64,000 bases of DNA, taken from NCBI GenBank assembly GCA_001643675.2, contig LSRY02000002.1, positions 1,612,001 through 1,676,000 of the forward strand, given 5' to 3'. This stretch comes from Monocercomonoides exilis PA203. Lineage: Eukaryota; Protista; Preaxostyla. Every line of letters begins with the position of its first letter. The first letter of the stretch is position 1. The position numbers and the translations under genes were made by a program. The notes under the pieces are model-generated. The model was not told the origin of the DNA, ran no database searches, and was given only the letters and a program-made list of their open reading frames with translations. Positions 11,900 to 25,730 of this stretch are shown here, piece after piece.

Positions 11900-14478
11900 G
11901 AACTGATTGTGAAGCAGATAAAGGGAATAGATTATCCCAAATAATCATGAAAGATCAGTTATGCATAAAAAAAATTTTTTTGTCAAACATTTTCGTTTTT
12001 TGATTTCATTTCATTGAAAGAAATTAGTTAATTCTTTATATGTATATATGTGTGTCAATGCATAAATTTTTTCAAAATACTAAATATTTCATAAATATTT
12101 TTTCATAATAATAATTTTTTCTCCTTTTTTTTTTTTTCTTTCTTTCTTATCGAGCGATGGCGCAAACATTTTTTTTTTTTTTGTTTGTCTTGAATGAATC
12201 AAGAATAAAGAGAAAAACCTTTTTTTCAAATGTACTATTTCAATCTTTATGAAGAAAAAATGAATATATTTTTTTATCAGAAAAATTATCTCAATTGTTT
12301 TTTTGAAACAATTTGTTGTTTTTTTTTTTCATAAACTGATTTATGTTTATTCTCATTTCACTTGTGAGATTATTGTCGAAATCAAAAACAACACATGTTA
12401 TCATACAAATTTCTTTGTTGTTTATTTTCCGTATTCTTTTTCATCCACAAATATCTAAAGTTTCCTCACATTTTGTGAAAGAAACAGCGTCAATGTTTAA
12501 ACAGTGAAACTCAGCTGTCATAGTATTTGGTGCAATTACGAATGTTATTATTATTGTTTTCTCCTGTCTTTTTTTATGTTCTATTTTTTTGACTTATTAT
12601 GCATTTGTCCAAATGAAGAAAAAACAGAATGATATGCAATTAATATTTCAAAATAAACAATTTTGTATTTGAAGAAATATATAGGTAATTATTTTCGAAA
12701 TGGCTAATTTTTTTTGAAAAGTTTCTTTTGTTTAATTTTCAAATGAAATAAAAATATCATATTTCGATTTCATTTCTGTTTCAACTTTCCAAATTTCACA
12801 ATCATGAAATCAAAAACTTGATAATGTTTATTTTTCTATTTTAGTGAAGTTTTGTGAGTGGGAACAGAAATTTGATCAAAATATGTAATTTATATTCTAT
12901 TTGAAATTTTAACAAAAGGAACTTTTCAAAACTATTTAGACAAATCATTTATTTTTTCAGCGAATACATAATATTTTTGTATTCAGTTATATGGGGGGAA
13001 ATATTTCACTTCAGGCATTTTCATTTAAAAATTATGCACTTTTCATTGACTTTTTGAGATAAAAAAATTCAATATAAATGTGTTCATTTTTTGAAATACG
13101 CTTGAAGTTACAAAACATTTTGTAATAACATCAATGAAGTTTGTTTATGGATATGATAATTCATTTTATTTTGAAATCTGATCATGCAAAAATTTGTTAT
13201 GAGTGAAACAATTTTTCTATGCCTCGTGCAAAAAAAGCTTGAAAGTCTATATTTTCCCCCATATGCATTGGAAATATAACAGACTCGTTATTTCCTTTCA
13301 AATTGTTTTCATTTGAACGTTTATTGTCATCGAAAGACTGAGAAAATGCGTTTATGTGTGTGATTTTTTTTAAAATCATAACTATTTTCGGAGTGTCGAT
13401 TCTTCAAATATTTTATTTCTTTAAAGAGAAATTATTCGAAAAAAAGAAAAATTCGTTGAAATTGTTAAAAAAGACAATGCTTCAAATAATATTCATGTTA
13501 AAATAATCTTTGAATGGAGTAATAACTTTTTCGCTATCATTTATCAGTATTTAAAGTGAATTCTCAAACTGAAATTTTTAACAAAAAAAATATGATCGTG
13601 AAAATAATCACCCATGTTTTGCACAAAAACATAATATTGATTTTTAATCAATCACAACAAAAAACTTTTCATCAAAAATTATGTCGGAAAGAATTAGAAA
13701 TCAAAAAGAATTACCCATGTGAAAGCTTCTTGTAAAAAAATTTCATCAGTGACTTTTATTTGTTAGAAATAAATTTTAAAAAACTTGTGAACATCGAGTT
13801 CAAAGCATTGAAATTATTCACTTCATCATCATCTGAACAAAAGGAAAGATAGCTTTGCACATTTTGATTATCATCATAGACTGCGAATATAGTTTTCAAA
13901 TTTTTCTGATATATAGTTAAATGGTATTTTTTTTACTCGAAAAAATATAACACAAAAAAGAATCGCAAATATATTCGTGAATTATTGCTTATAGCTAATT
14001 GAATAACAACTTGAAATTTTCAGAAATCCATTATTTATAATGGACTTTATCATTGAAAAGTGTATTTTGGAATACGAGTTGTTAATGCATTAATCAAAAG
14101 TGAAAATAATTCCTTTTGAACTTTTCTTTTTTTGATTGATTCATTTCAAATATTCTTCTTAATGGAAATAATTTGTTTTTTTGAAACAAAAAATTTCATG
14201 ACAAATAACATAATTTTGTAAGTTGAAAATTTATTATTATTATGAAATTTAAAAATTCTCATTTTGAATTATTCTTGGAGCTTCAATAGAATCATAAAAA
14301 TGAACAAAAGATATTTTGAGTTATTTTTTTCTTGTTTGAAAAAATAGTTAAAAAAAAGTCTTTGGAAAAAGAAAATACTTCTAAACAAACAATTATTAGA
14401 ATAATTTTTCATAATAAACGAAAATAGTTAAAAGATTTGTCATCATTTGACTTGAAATAATATTTAGAAATAAAAACA

Positions 14479-15553
14479 TCATTCGTTAATTTTTATGGAA
14501 GCCTCAGATGTGATATTCTCTTGGCCTACTGGTAAATTATCTTCATTTTGACACTGTGAATTATTTAATGACTCAGAAGGAACAGATGATGATGTGGCTT
14601 TTTCTTCGCTGTGCTCTAATATTTCTTGTGAATTTTCATCTTCATCTCCAGTTCCAGAAATCATTTTTGGAAGCTGCGTATCAAAAGAAGCAACAAGATC
14701 TTCAAAGGAAGACACTTGCTTTTTCAGATGCATCATTGCCAATGAAGTAATTTCTCGACTTAACATTCCAAAGAATTCACTTTTGAATTGTGCATCAACT
14801 GTTTTAATTGCTTCAACAAGAGCGTTTGAAGCTGCTGCAGCAGATGTACGAAACCACGATTCATCCAAAAATTTTTTATAAATTTGTTCCATGATCGTAC
14901 AAAGAGAACATACAACTCGATTATAGTCAAGAAAATCAGGAACTGTAGGAGTTTGAAGTCTTTCAAAGTATATTCCGAATGAAGTTTTAAGAAGAGTCCC
15001 TTTGTACTCTTCGTTAAGAGAAAGCTGAACGGACCCTGTTTGACTCTTATCTTTCGCCATTAATGATTGTAATCCTTGAGAAGCAAAATTTGAATTGTGA
15101 TATGTGTATTCAACAATTAACTGAGATAACCCCTTTAAAAATACAGGTCCAGATGCAAGTTGAAGAAGAGGAGCTAGACTGTATCCAAGGCTAAACCATT
15201 CACGTATTCTTTATTATTCACAAAAAAGAAAAATTAAAAATACTAAAATTTGTCACAAAATTGCAAGCCTTTCGCTCATCTTTTGAGGAGGTTGTGAAGC
15301 CTTCAGCTCATCAGGAGTTAAACGAACGTGATTTAGCCAAACAACTCCATTACCAGAATGTGCCTTTCGGAGGTAAGATAACACAGCTAAATCATTATAG
15401 TTATAGACAATTGAAAAGAAATATAATTAGCAAACCTGAACGTTTAGAAACAATATACTGTCATAAAGAAAATAAATGTTGATAAATGTTATTAAAAACA
15501 ATAATTTATAAAACCTCTACAAGTTTGTAGTTATCGTTTGTTTGCTTATTCAT
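14479..15553 (-). CDS. Conserved uncharacterised eukaryotic protein, multi-exon
   Basis: Spliced reading IVSKRSAVLSYLRKAHSGNGVVWLN...EWFSLGYSLAPLL...LQTPTVPDFLDY..VVCSLC..MEQIYKKFL resembles an uncharacterised fungal/amoebozoan family (from recall). Confidence 0.6.
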
Positions 15554-15731
15554 CTTTATAATGGGAAAATGAAAAAGTACTCAATTATTCAGAATGATCA
15601 AAAAACGAAAATCTTTCAAAATTATAATTTAAAATAAAAAAATATGACAATGTCAAAAACACACAAGCAAATAAATTTATAATTTATAATTTATCATATA
15701 TAATTTATTGTAATGATGAATCTTTTGGCAA

Positions 15732-18341
15732 TTATGATTGAGAAAGCTTTGTCATCTCATTAATAAAAATTGACTCGCAAGTCAAATAAAAATTTTCATC
15801 ATTTGTTTTTGATGTAAAAGATTCTCGCTCATCTTTGTCAGACGCATTTTTAATGTTCATGCAATATTTGCATTCTGGAACATTTTTTGTCAAGTTAGAA
15901 ACACTTTGCTTCAAATGTTCATCATTCCTATCTTCCTCTTCAAAAGAGCAACAATCCCACAAACACAATTTGCTCGGCTGACTAATAACTTTTATGTTAC
16001 AAAGCGATTCTCCTGTTTGAATTACAGAGATGCACGAAAGATATTCTTGCTTTATTGAAAGACGACTCACAGAATCAGTTTTTAAAGAGGATGAATTTTC
16101 AGTTGGATCAACCGAGGGCAATTGAGAAAGAATACAACAAGAATGAATATTTTGGCTTTGAGCACTTTGTTCGCATTGAACATGAAAAGGGTAACATTCA
16201 AAAATTTTTGTTTTTTGCATTTCTTTTAATTCTTCACCTCCAATTTTTGGCTCTGGCTGATCTTTTTCATTCAAAAGAGAATGTTCAACTTGCAGTTCTC
16301 TTTGAAGCATATTTTCTGTAGAAGAAAGGGAATGTTGAGGCGTCAGAAGCTCAGAGTATGAATTTATGCGATGTATGATGCAGGTTGATGGAAGATGCAT
16401 TATAAATGTGGATTTTGTGTTGTGGAAAATCAATGGAAGTAAAAGAGACGTAAATCTGGAGTTCATAACATTCAAAAAGAAACATAAGCAAATATTAGAA
16501 CAATTAGCAAATAAGAGTCAACAAAAATATCAAAAATATGAAAAAAAAAAAAAAAAAAGCAGAAATATCATAAAAACTCGAAACAGAAGAAATTAAAAAT
16601 AACGCAACATACACAGAATCTCTTGAGCGAGTGAAAAGAGAAGTCTCTGAATAAGTTGCAGTCGGCTTTGAGATGGAAGATATTCTTTTAATGCTTTCAT
16701 TGAATGATAAAATATGACGAGACAGCATCTGAGTAAATTATAGAAAAAATCATAAGCATATAAAACAAAACAAAAATACATACAAAATAAAGATATTTCC
16801 AAAAGAAAAACACATTCAAATAATGAAAAAACTGAAAATATTATTTCTTTTAAAAATTTCAAAAATGGAATCATTTGACTAACAAAAATGTCAATTCGAA
16901 CAAAAAATATTTTTAAACAATGAAATGAAATGTGCTGCTATTTAAAAGCTTGATCACACCTTTCTTTCACTTGAAAGATCTTTACTTACACAAGGAGAAG
17001 ACGATGGCATGTCAATCATCGTCAACACTGAAAAAGGCTCTGATTTAACATTTAACATAAAAGAGTCTGGTTGTAATTTCCCTAACAATGAGAAAGTTAA
17101 ATGAGAAAAAGTGAATCAAAAAAGTTGATGAAAAACAGCAATATGAAGGATTCTCGATAGAAGAGATACCATCAATAGGGAATATTGATTCTGCATTATT
17201 TTTAATGAATAATGAAACTTGAACTACAAATGCACCACGTGTCGATTGAGGAATCTCAAAATAACCATCTTCCAACATCCAGCAAGAATTTTTTTTTATT
17301 TTTGGTATTTGCAAAATTATTCATAATCCAATAGATACATAAAATTGTATTTGAAAACAGTTCATACATTCACTGATTAGTTGTTTTGATGTACTCCAAT
17401 AATGACTTTGCTTTAAAATACTTGAGAATATAGCGGTAAATTCATCGGTAGTCTTAAAAGGTAAATATGTACCAGAAACTTCAAAAAAAGTCCATATTGA
17501 TAAATTTAAAACAAAAATAAAAGAAAATTTAAAGAAACAGTTAATATCATACAACAATAAGAAGTAGATTTAGGAAGTGTTGCTTGACTTGTGGAACTCA
17601 AATAAGATGGGGTATGATTTGAAAAAATTGATCCTTTTTTAATCACTTTTTCGCAAAGATCGAAAATTTCGTTGAAGATAGTTTCATAACATCTAACACA
17701 CAATACGGATTCAATTCTGTCTATAAAGATCCCAATAATCAAAACTTATTCTTCCGATGAACGAAAAAACAAACTCTTTTCAAGTTCTTGTGAAAATTGA
17801 ATAAGTTGAGGTACAATATATTGAAGAAATCCTTGAATGTTATTTTTATTTGCATAATGACATCCAAACATAGTTGAAGTTTTCCCAGTTCCTCTAACCC
17901 CAAATGAAGTCAAAGTTGTTGAAAATCCTCTTTTAAAACGACGCATGATGGAATCTCCCAATTTCATAAAAAATGTTTTTTGTGACAAATTTGATGAAAA
18001 TATATCGGAAGCAGTAAATTTTTTGAGGCATAATGTTAATGGCGTTATATGTGTAGTTCTTGGATCACTTACAGGTTAATTGATATTTTTTATTCAAAAA
18101 TCATTTAAGAAATCAATATTCCAACAACACAAATAAAAAACCGAATTAAACAAAGTGATGTTCCATTGATATTATAAATATGCATTGGGGTCTGATAGTT
18201 AGGGTTTAATATTGGAGAAATACGATAAATAACATTTACAGGGTGAATTTCTGCTCCACAACCTCCAATAATCTCAAGTTCAGAAGCTATTTCATTCATT
18301 TCATTTGTAGGAGGCATATATGTTCCATCATCACAAAGCAT
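15732..18341 (-). CDS. Divergent kinesin motor-domain protein, multi-exon
   Basis: In kinesin order: VNVIYRISP, P-loop GFSTTLTSFGVRGTGKTSTMFG, STRGAFVVQV, LTMIDMPSS, and RDSRFTSLL.PLIFHNTKSTFIMHL. Confidence 0.7.
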
Positions 18342-18464
18342 TCAACGAAAATGAAATTTCAATATTTTCTTTGATCAAATCTGTCACAATTTTTTATTTC
18401 ATAAATAAATATGGGAAAATTACCCTTAATTTAGAAAGACATCATCTTGTGAATTTTTGTAAAT

Positions 18465-19364
18465 ATGCAATCTTATACGCAAATGTCAATTAGCGACCAT
18501 ATCGTTCCAGCTGCTTTCTACTGCATCAAATCAGCGGTTGACCAACAAAGAAGTGATATTCAGACTTCGTTTGGCACTTTATCAAAAGATGATCAAAGTA
18601 TAATAATGAATCATAAAATTTATGATGATCTGAAAAAATGTGGAATAGACGAATGCACCAAAGTGGTACAAGATTCTGTTCCATCGAAAATTGGTGAAGA
18701 AACAATTTGCACATATCCTAAATTTGATCCACTTCCAATGAGTTCCGAGTTTATTCATGTTGTAACATCTTACTTAGCAAAATCAGTGACATTTACTTCT
18801 TTTCATCCATGGATAAATAGCAAAAGACATTTGTCTTCTACACCATCATATGTTTCTGAGATGACACCAATTCGCGCTTTTGGAACAAAGTTCATCGAGG
18901 ACTTGACACATTTTGAGGCGCTTCATTTTGAAAGTTGGAAACCTGAAAACGAGGAAGAGATTGAACTACTGGAATATTTTGACAGTGTTATTTTCCATGT
19001 TTTGGAAAAAATGGCAAAAACATTTCGAATTAGAGAAACAGAATTTATTCAAGCTATGGTTCTTCTCGAAAGAATAATAACAGGACAACTTACTGAAATT
19101 CCATTTGCGTTGTGCAAAGACAATTTACCAATGGCCTTATGTGTTACTGTTATGCTTGCAAATAAGATGAATGCAGATGCTCCAATTTCAAATAAATGGT
19201 GGATGCAAACTTTCGGAATTAATCCCTCACATTTAGTAAATTCGGAAATATTCTTTTTGCGATGCTTGGATCATTCTCTTTTGGTAAAGGAAGAGGAATA
19301 CACCGCTGCTTATACAATTATACAAAAATTGAAGGCACAGAGATACGGTACATTTATGAAATGA
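18465..19364 (+). CDS. PHO80/P-type cyclin-like protein
   Basis: Cyclin-box pattern FIQAMVLLERI...LCVTVMLANKMNADAPISNKWW...LVNSEIFFLRCLDHSLLV. Confidence 0.8.
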   Translation: MQSYTQMSISDHIVPAAFYCIKSAVDQQRSDIQTSFGTLSKDDQSIIMNHKIYDDLKKCGIDECTKVVQDSVPSKIGEETICTYPKFDPLPMSSEFIHVVTSYLAKSVTFTSFHPWINSKRHLSSTPSYVSEMTPIRAFGTKFIEDLTHFEALHFESWKPENEEEIELLEYFDSVIFHVLEKMAKTFRIRETEFIQAMVLLERIITGQLTEIPFALCKDNLPMALCVTVMLANKMNADAPISNKWWMQTFGINPSHLVNSEIFFLRCLDHSLLVKEEEYTAAYTIIQKLKAQRYGTFMK

Positions 19365-19933
19365 GATTGCAAAAACATTGTGTAATGAATATTTGTGTTA
19401 TCTGTTTGTATCATTTGATTAGAAATCTTTCTTTTGGAAGATCATGATTCGTTTTCGTATTTCTATTAATGATCTAAAAGCGTGGGTATTATTAGAAATA
19501 GTCTTTTTGAGAAATTTAAAGTTTTTGTTGTTGTATAATTGAGTGATTTTGTTGTACATTATTATTTGTAAAACATCATTTTCGTGAATTTTCTTTGCTA
19601 TATATTATGATTTTTTTGTTTATTTTAGAGTTTTACAATCATTTTTAATTATTTATTCAGGAATTCTGATGATTTTTCGTGTTAACCTTTTGCCTTTTTT
19701 GAGAATGCTTTAAGTTGGTGAATTTTCGTTTTCATTTTTGTGAAATAAAAAAAGTTAAAAAAGAATTTTTTTGTTTTGATTCAAATATCAATGGAAGAAT
19801 TAACATAAATGATAAATTGAATTAGTTCCTTAAAGAAATAAAAAGCTAAACGATAGGGATTATTTGAAAAATTATATTTATCGAGATAAATTCTTATTTG
19901 TATTACAAGTACAAGCTGAAAAGTTGGAGAAGA

Positions 19934-21328
19934 TCAGAGTATCATTCTGTGGAGGCATTCATAATATCCTTCAATGACAGGTACAGTCTTTTTATCAGAT
20001 TCAGCGCTTGATGTTGAAGTTGAAGAAGAAGAAGAAGATGATGATGAAGCAGTTTGAGCATATCCAGCCTTCGTTTCGGGACTGAGGAAGAGCGGAGGAG
20101 GAGGGCGTGCCGGCAAAGGGCGCAGATGCTCTTGCGCTTGTCCCATACGTGAAAGATGCAGTTGCGGAGCCAAGAATACACCAAAGTCTCTCCGCCCGTC
20201 TTTTGCAACGATTCCGCTGCAATCAACTGGAATCCGCTTGACGAATTCTTTCCTCTTTGGACTGTCTGAATTTTTTCCTTCACCTGTCTTACTATCACTT
20301 TCTGGCAATTCCCGCTTTTTAGTGTTAATTAATGTAGCATGCAACTTTATTTTTGCGCCAGGCACACGTTCTTCTTCAACAACAACTCCTGCTCTTCCAA
20401 AAAGTTGCTTGAAAAAGTCTGCAAAAAGTTTCAATTTAATATTACACGTGCAAAATAAAAAATTTCAAAAAATTTATAACAAAAAAATAAATCAAATTTA
20501 TGAAACCAGAGATAGCTATTAATTTGTCCTTTGACTCATCTTCGTAAACATCAAGATATAGAACATGACATTCAGTTGGATCATCATTCATTAATTCTAT
20601 TCCTTTTAAATGAATTTTCAGTGGTTCGTCTCCAATGATTTCCGCTATTTCATTAACTGATTGAGCAAATATTGACTGAATTTTTGCTTCGTCTTCGTCT
20701 GTAAATGCTTTCATTGTTAAAAGTGTAAGATGCATCCTCCAAGGTTGAAGAACAATAGATTCATCCATTCCACGTGCATGAGCATTTTCAAGAAGAATAT
20801 TTTCTCTAAACTCTGTTAAGCATTCAATAAACGCAGGATCAAATCCAAGTGGAATGTTTATGAAATGCGTATAATGGAATACTTCTTTGGAATGCTCGAT
20901 TTCCAGACTTATCATGGAATGAGCAGCTAAAAGATCTTTTTCACTATTTGCCTTAATAACAACAGATGTAGATGTGGATCCTCTTGGAGGAAATCCGATT
21001 GTGCATCGGCATTCTTGTTGAATGGTCGTCCGCTTCTTATTATCTTTTCCAATTAAAAACCCATGAAAAACTCTAGGAATTTGCACAACCAGCGTACAAG
21101 CTCCTGTCATACTATCTTTTGAAATGTCTCCAATAAGCGCTAATTCATCAAGATCGGCAGCTTACAAAATTCAGGAATTCAATGATAAACCAAGAAAAAG
21201 ATTTTCAAACTGTCTTCCTCAGATAAGAATGTTCTTGATTGACCTCCAAGTTGTGAGATAACTTGATTGCACCGATATGAAGTTTTTCCAATTTTAATCA
21301 CTTTTGTTTGAGGATCAGGGACTTGCAT
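19934..21328 (-). CDS. ASCC1: ASCC1 (KH domain plus 2H-phosphoesterase/AKAP7-like domain), spliced
   Basis: N-terminus MQVPDPQTKVIKIGKTSYRCN, KH domain FHGFLIGKDN, YTHFINIPL, and two HxT motifs (MHLTLL and KLHATLINTK). Confidence 0.85.
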
Positions 21329-21367
21329 AGCATAAAAGATAATTTGATCTTAAAAGATAATAAAATA

Positions 21368-22486
21368 ATGTCATTTCATTCTTTTGTTCTTGACAACTCT
21401 ACAATAAACTTTGATGTAGACGAAGATTGTCCAATTATTGAACATTCTATTTCCAAGGATAAAAAACTTACTCGTGTTGTTACAAATCAAAAACGACTAG
21501 AAACGCTTATTCCATCAAAATCTCCTCTCCACGAACTTATACACAAAACAGACATTTCACCAGGGAGCTACGAAGGTGGATTTACTTGCTGGGAATGCTC
21601 TCTTGATCTTTGCAAATATATTCTGACACTTGGTATATGAAAATTGTTCTTTTAATATTCAATGATACATATTTTGCACAAATAAGATTTAAAAGGAAAA
21701 AACGTTTTGGAGATTGGATGCGGACATGGACTTCCAGGAATTACTGCGCTCCTTCAAGGAGCTTCCTCCGTTACGTTTCAAGATTATAATGAAGAAGTCT
21801 TAAGGTATATTGCTTGAACTTTCCTTTTTATTTTTAAAATGAATAAAAGATTGGCAACAGTACCAAATATTATTTTAAATGTTATGGACAAATTTGATGA
21901 TTCAGGAGATCAGCCTTCAAAGGAAGTTGTCGATTTCATAAAGACAAGATGCACTTTTATATCTGGATCTTGGAATTCGATGCTTGAAATTCCAATAAAA
22001 TCAACTCATGATTTTTCATCAGGAGCTTGTTCATCATCTTGTAAACCATCAAGGTCTTTTGTATCGCCTTCATCGTCTTCGACTTTGCCCCAAGAATTAT
22101 TGCCATATGATTTAATATTGGCTGCTGAAACTGTTTACAGAATAGATGATTTCCCAACTTTAAGGCAACTTATAACTCACTTTTTAAAGCCAAAAACGGA
22201 AACAGAAGGCGATAGCGCTTCGTTATTTGCTGGAAGAGCACAATATTTTGGTGTTGGAGGAGGAATTAATGCATTCAGGAAGTTTATGACACAATCTGAC
22301 GAAGGTCAGACCTTACAAAAGGACATTATTGATAATTGTACAAAAGAAGTTTTAAAAGAAGAAAAAGAAACGAAAATCGAAAACACTTCGAGATTTTCTT
22401 GTGAAGAAGTTTGGATTTCTGAGTCTTTGGATCATTCAATTGTTAAAATTCAACCATTTATTCAAAAAACTAAATCATCATTATAA
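21368..22486 (+). CDS. METTL18: Histidine protein methyltransferase METTL18/Hpm1, spliced
   Basis: PGSYEGGFTCWECSLDL, KNVLEIGCGHGLPGI, FQDYNEEVL, YDLILAAETVY and YFGVGGG. Confidence 0.88.
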
Positions 22487-22617
22487 ATTTTGATTTGTAT
22501 TTTTATAAGTGAAATGTTAGCGATAATTTTTCGTAAATTAATTAAATACCCCATAATGTACCGAAATTTCTCAAAAGAGGAATTTATTGATCAATAAGGA
22601 CAAAGTAAATATTTCAA

Positions 22618-23445
22618 ATGGAGTATAAAATTGCTGTTCTTGGGAGTGCAGCTGTCGGAAAATCGAGTATAGTCGTTCGATATATTAGAGACAGTTTTGC
22701 TGAATCTGTTTGCATCATTTTCAAGGAAATTTCATTCTTAAAACAAAATAATTTTATTCTATTCAAAAATGCTATGAATGAATTTAACGAATATATATTC
22801 ATTCTCTTAATATAGTATGATCCAACTATTGAAGATGCCTACAAAAAACATGATGAGTTTGAAGGAAAAGCTCGTATTTTGGATATTTTAGATACAGCAG
22901 GAATGGTTTGAAATTTTCAGATTGTTTTAACAAAGTGTTTGTTATCCTTATTTTCAAAGGCTGAATATTCTTCCTTAAGGACTCAATACATGGAAAAAGG
23001 AATTGGATTTGTTCTTGTTTATTCGATCATTCAGCTGAAAACATTTCAAGCTATTGAACCACTTATTAAGCAGATATACGAAGTTAAACAAAAAGAACCT
23101 GTTTGTTTTTTCAATTTTTTATAACTATTGTTTTCAAGGTCTTCTTGAAATATTATTTCCATTTTAACTGGTTTTGGCGAATAACATTTTATAAATTTAT
23201 AGGCAACATGCAAAATTCCAATTATAATTGTTGGAAATAAAGTTGATTTAGATTCACCTGGAGAAAGAGCTGTTCCAAAGGAAGATGGAGAGAAACTTGC
23301 TGCTCAATATGGCGCAAGATTTTTGGAATGTTCAGCAAAGACAAATGTTAATATTCGTGAAATATTTGAACAACTTGTAAATTTCGTCGATAATTCTGAT
23401 TTCAAACACAAAAGCGAGAAAAAATCAAAGTGTCCATTCCTTTAA
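22618..23445 (+). CDS. Ras/Rap-family small GTPase with CaaX end, 4 exons
   Basis: [23 protein letters not shown]|AEY, VGNKVD, ECSAK and C-terminal KKSKCPFL*. Three GTTTG...AG introns. Confidence 0.92.
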
Positions 23446-23769
23446 AGATTGCACTTTGTTATTTTTCAGAGAAAACTTAAATTCACTACTATCTCTCTTG
23501 CTTTAAACTGATTCACATCCGTCAGCGAGTGTTGCTCATGTATTTCTGTATTTGAGCAAGCATTTTTTGTGCAAATAATATTGGTTTTATAATATCTATC
23601 TTTGATGTTTTTGCTTTTTTTATGCATTTACTATGATTTATTTCCTTTTTTTAATTCTCTCTTTCACATCTCCATCAAGTTCATTCAACAACCTCTCATA
23701 GTTTTATGAGGTATTCAACAAAAACGTACTATAACTGAAAATTAATCGTATTATTATATGTAAAAATAT

Positions 23770-24298
23770 TTAGGAAGGATGCTGAAATTGGGATTTAAAA
23801 AAGGTGAAAGATGGTTCTTCTGATGAAAGTCTATAAATAAGTGCTAATTGAGAAATGAGCAAGGAGAAAAGTGCAAGGGCTACCAGTTGCGAAGAACAGA
23901 TATATCCTAATAATGATCGTGATTTCTTTTTTCTGGTCAAAGATTGTTGATCAGAAGATAACAATTTCTTGTTCGAGGTTTGTGCGATACGGGCTTCCTG
24001 TAATTTTTTGATCTCATCTTTTAATAATCTCTTCAAAAAATTTAAAGAAGAAGAAAATGATGAAAATAACAAACATTTTGTTCAATGCATTTTTCAAGTT
24101 GTTGCGCAGATGAAGCGATTGTCTGTGTAAAACTTTCTAATTGCTTTTGCAGTGGATCAAATTTTTCATTCTATTTATTGGAAAAATATGTTAAAATCGA
24201 AAAATTAAAGAGAAACGATGAAAAAATCAACATACAGTTTTTTTGGCTTTTGATGACCTTTTTGCGGATTTATTGCTAACTTTTGATTCTAAAGACAT
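23770..24298 (-). CDS. Small coiled-coil protein with a C-terminal transmembrane helix (tail-anchored-like), spliced
   Basis: Probable ATG at 24298, coiled-coil exons, and hydrophobic LVALALFSLLISQLALIY near the stop. Confidence 0.5.
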
Positions 24299-24369
24299 TA
24301 TATTCACAAATGTTTAGTTTTAACTTCTCTTATGAGTTTTTTCTAATATTTTCGTGAATAATATATTTA

Positions 24370-24831
24370 CATTATGGGTTGATTTAAAAAAATTCGAAAA
24401 ACAACTTTTTCAATTGAAGACAATTCCCACATGATGAGATGGATGACTGTATCAACATTTTTGGTTTTAACAGAATTTGGACGGATAAAAACTTTTAATA
24501 TCATTCTGAAAACGATCAGAAAATCTTTCAATCTGCTGTCTCAATTAATATTCTTTTTAACTTAAAACACATATGCATTATCAAGTGTCCAATTGCTAAA
24601 ATGGGAAATAAACATCAAATTTATTTTTGTTTTATTCAACATCATTAAATAAATTGTTGAACTGAAAGCGAATGATAAAAGCAACAGGATAAAAATAAAT
24701 GAAGCTTTTCTTCAAAAGAAACCCAACGAAAACTCAACGGAACCCCACAAAACGTACCATTCAATGAAAACAATATAAAATAATATTTACCCACTTATAG
24801 AAATAAAATAAGAATTCAATTAAAACAATAT

Positions 24832-24867
<36 letters not shown>

Positions 24868-25730
24868 AAGAAAGATAAAGAAAGAAAAAGAAAACATACT
24901 GAATATACTTAACAGATACATCAAATATACATAACAATTCTGACATCAAATAAAAATCATAGGAAAATAAAAATAATAAGCGATTATTCGTACGAAAGAT
25001 AGTGTAATGACAAAAGTCATAGACATTTGACGTTCTTTCTCTTTCAAATGGATTGTCTTGCTGGTTTAGTTGATTCATTACAAAAATAATTATTCGGTTT
25101 ACTTGAAAAACAAAATTTGCTAGGTTAGGGTTAGACAGCTCCTCCAATTCGTTTTGATGTACCTCTTCAGTTGTATCCTTTCTGTTATCATTAATTAATC
25201 AGAAACATTGAATCAAGCAGATAATAACAAAACAATTAATGTAGAAAAGGATTCATTGGCAATAGACTTTGCCTGATAAATTGATGAACAATAAAATATC
25301 GAAGACTCAAAGCCTTTGTATGAGTAATAGTTCATAACATTATCGTCAATATAATAACTGTTGCTTTCAGACAATCCAAAAGAATATTTGAATATTTTTT
25401 TGGAGAAGACTGCGACACAAATAGAAAGAAAGTCCATATATTCCAAAGAAATGTGCAAAGCTTATGCCGTGCCAAAAGATAGATTCAGAAAAACAAATGA
25501 AACACTCCACTAAATGAAAGATCAAATTAAAAAAATTTCACTACTGGATAATAGAGTTGATGCAACAAAAGTATGCTTCTAATAGCCTTATGAACAAGAA
25601 TGCAATTAGTTGAAAGAAGATGTGCGAATAATGTAGAGCATTGTCGATTCGTCAAAAATTTGTGTGAAAATTGGACTGCAACAAAGCGAATGAAACAAAA
25701 ACAAGCCTGAAATAAAAACGGTCATTGCAG
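24370..25730 (-). CDS. Possible fragmented or multi-exon membrane protein
   Basis: Several short hydrophobic coding-like segments. SGLFLFHSL...QIFDESTMLY weakly recalls CREST/alkaline-ceramidase motifs. The gene structure was not resolved. Confidence 0.2.

Noticed and set aside
12000-14450. Long AT-rich gap, including a 60-aa ORF at 13197-13379
   Set aside because: No recognisable protein, repeat or RNA structure.
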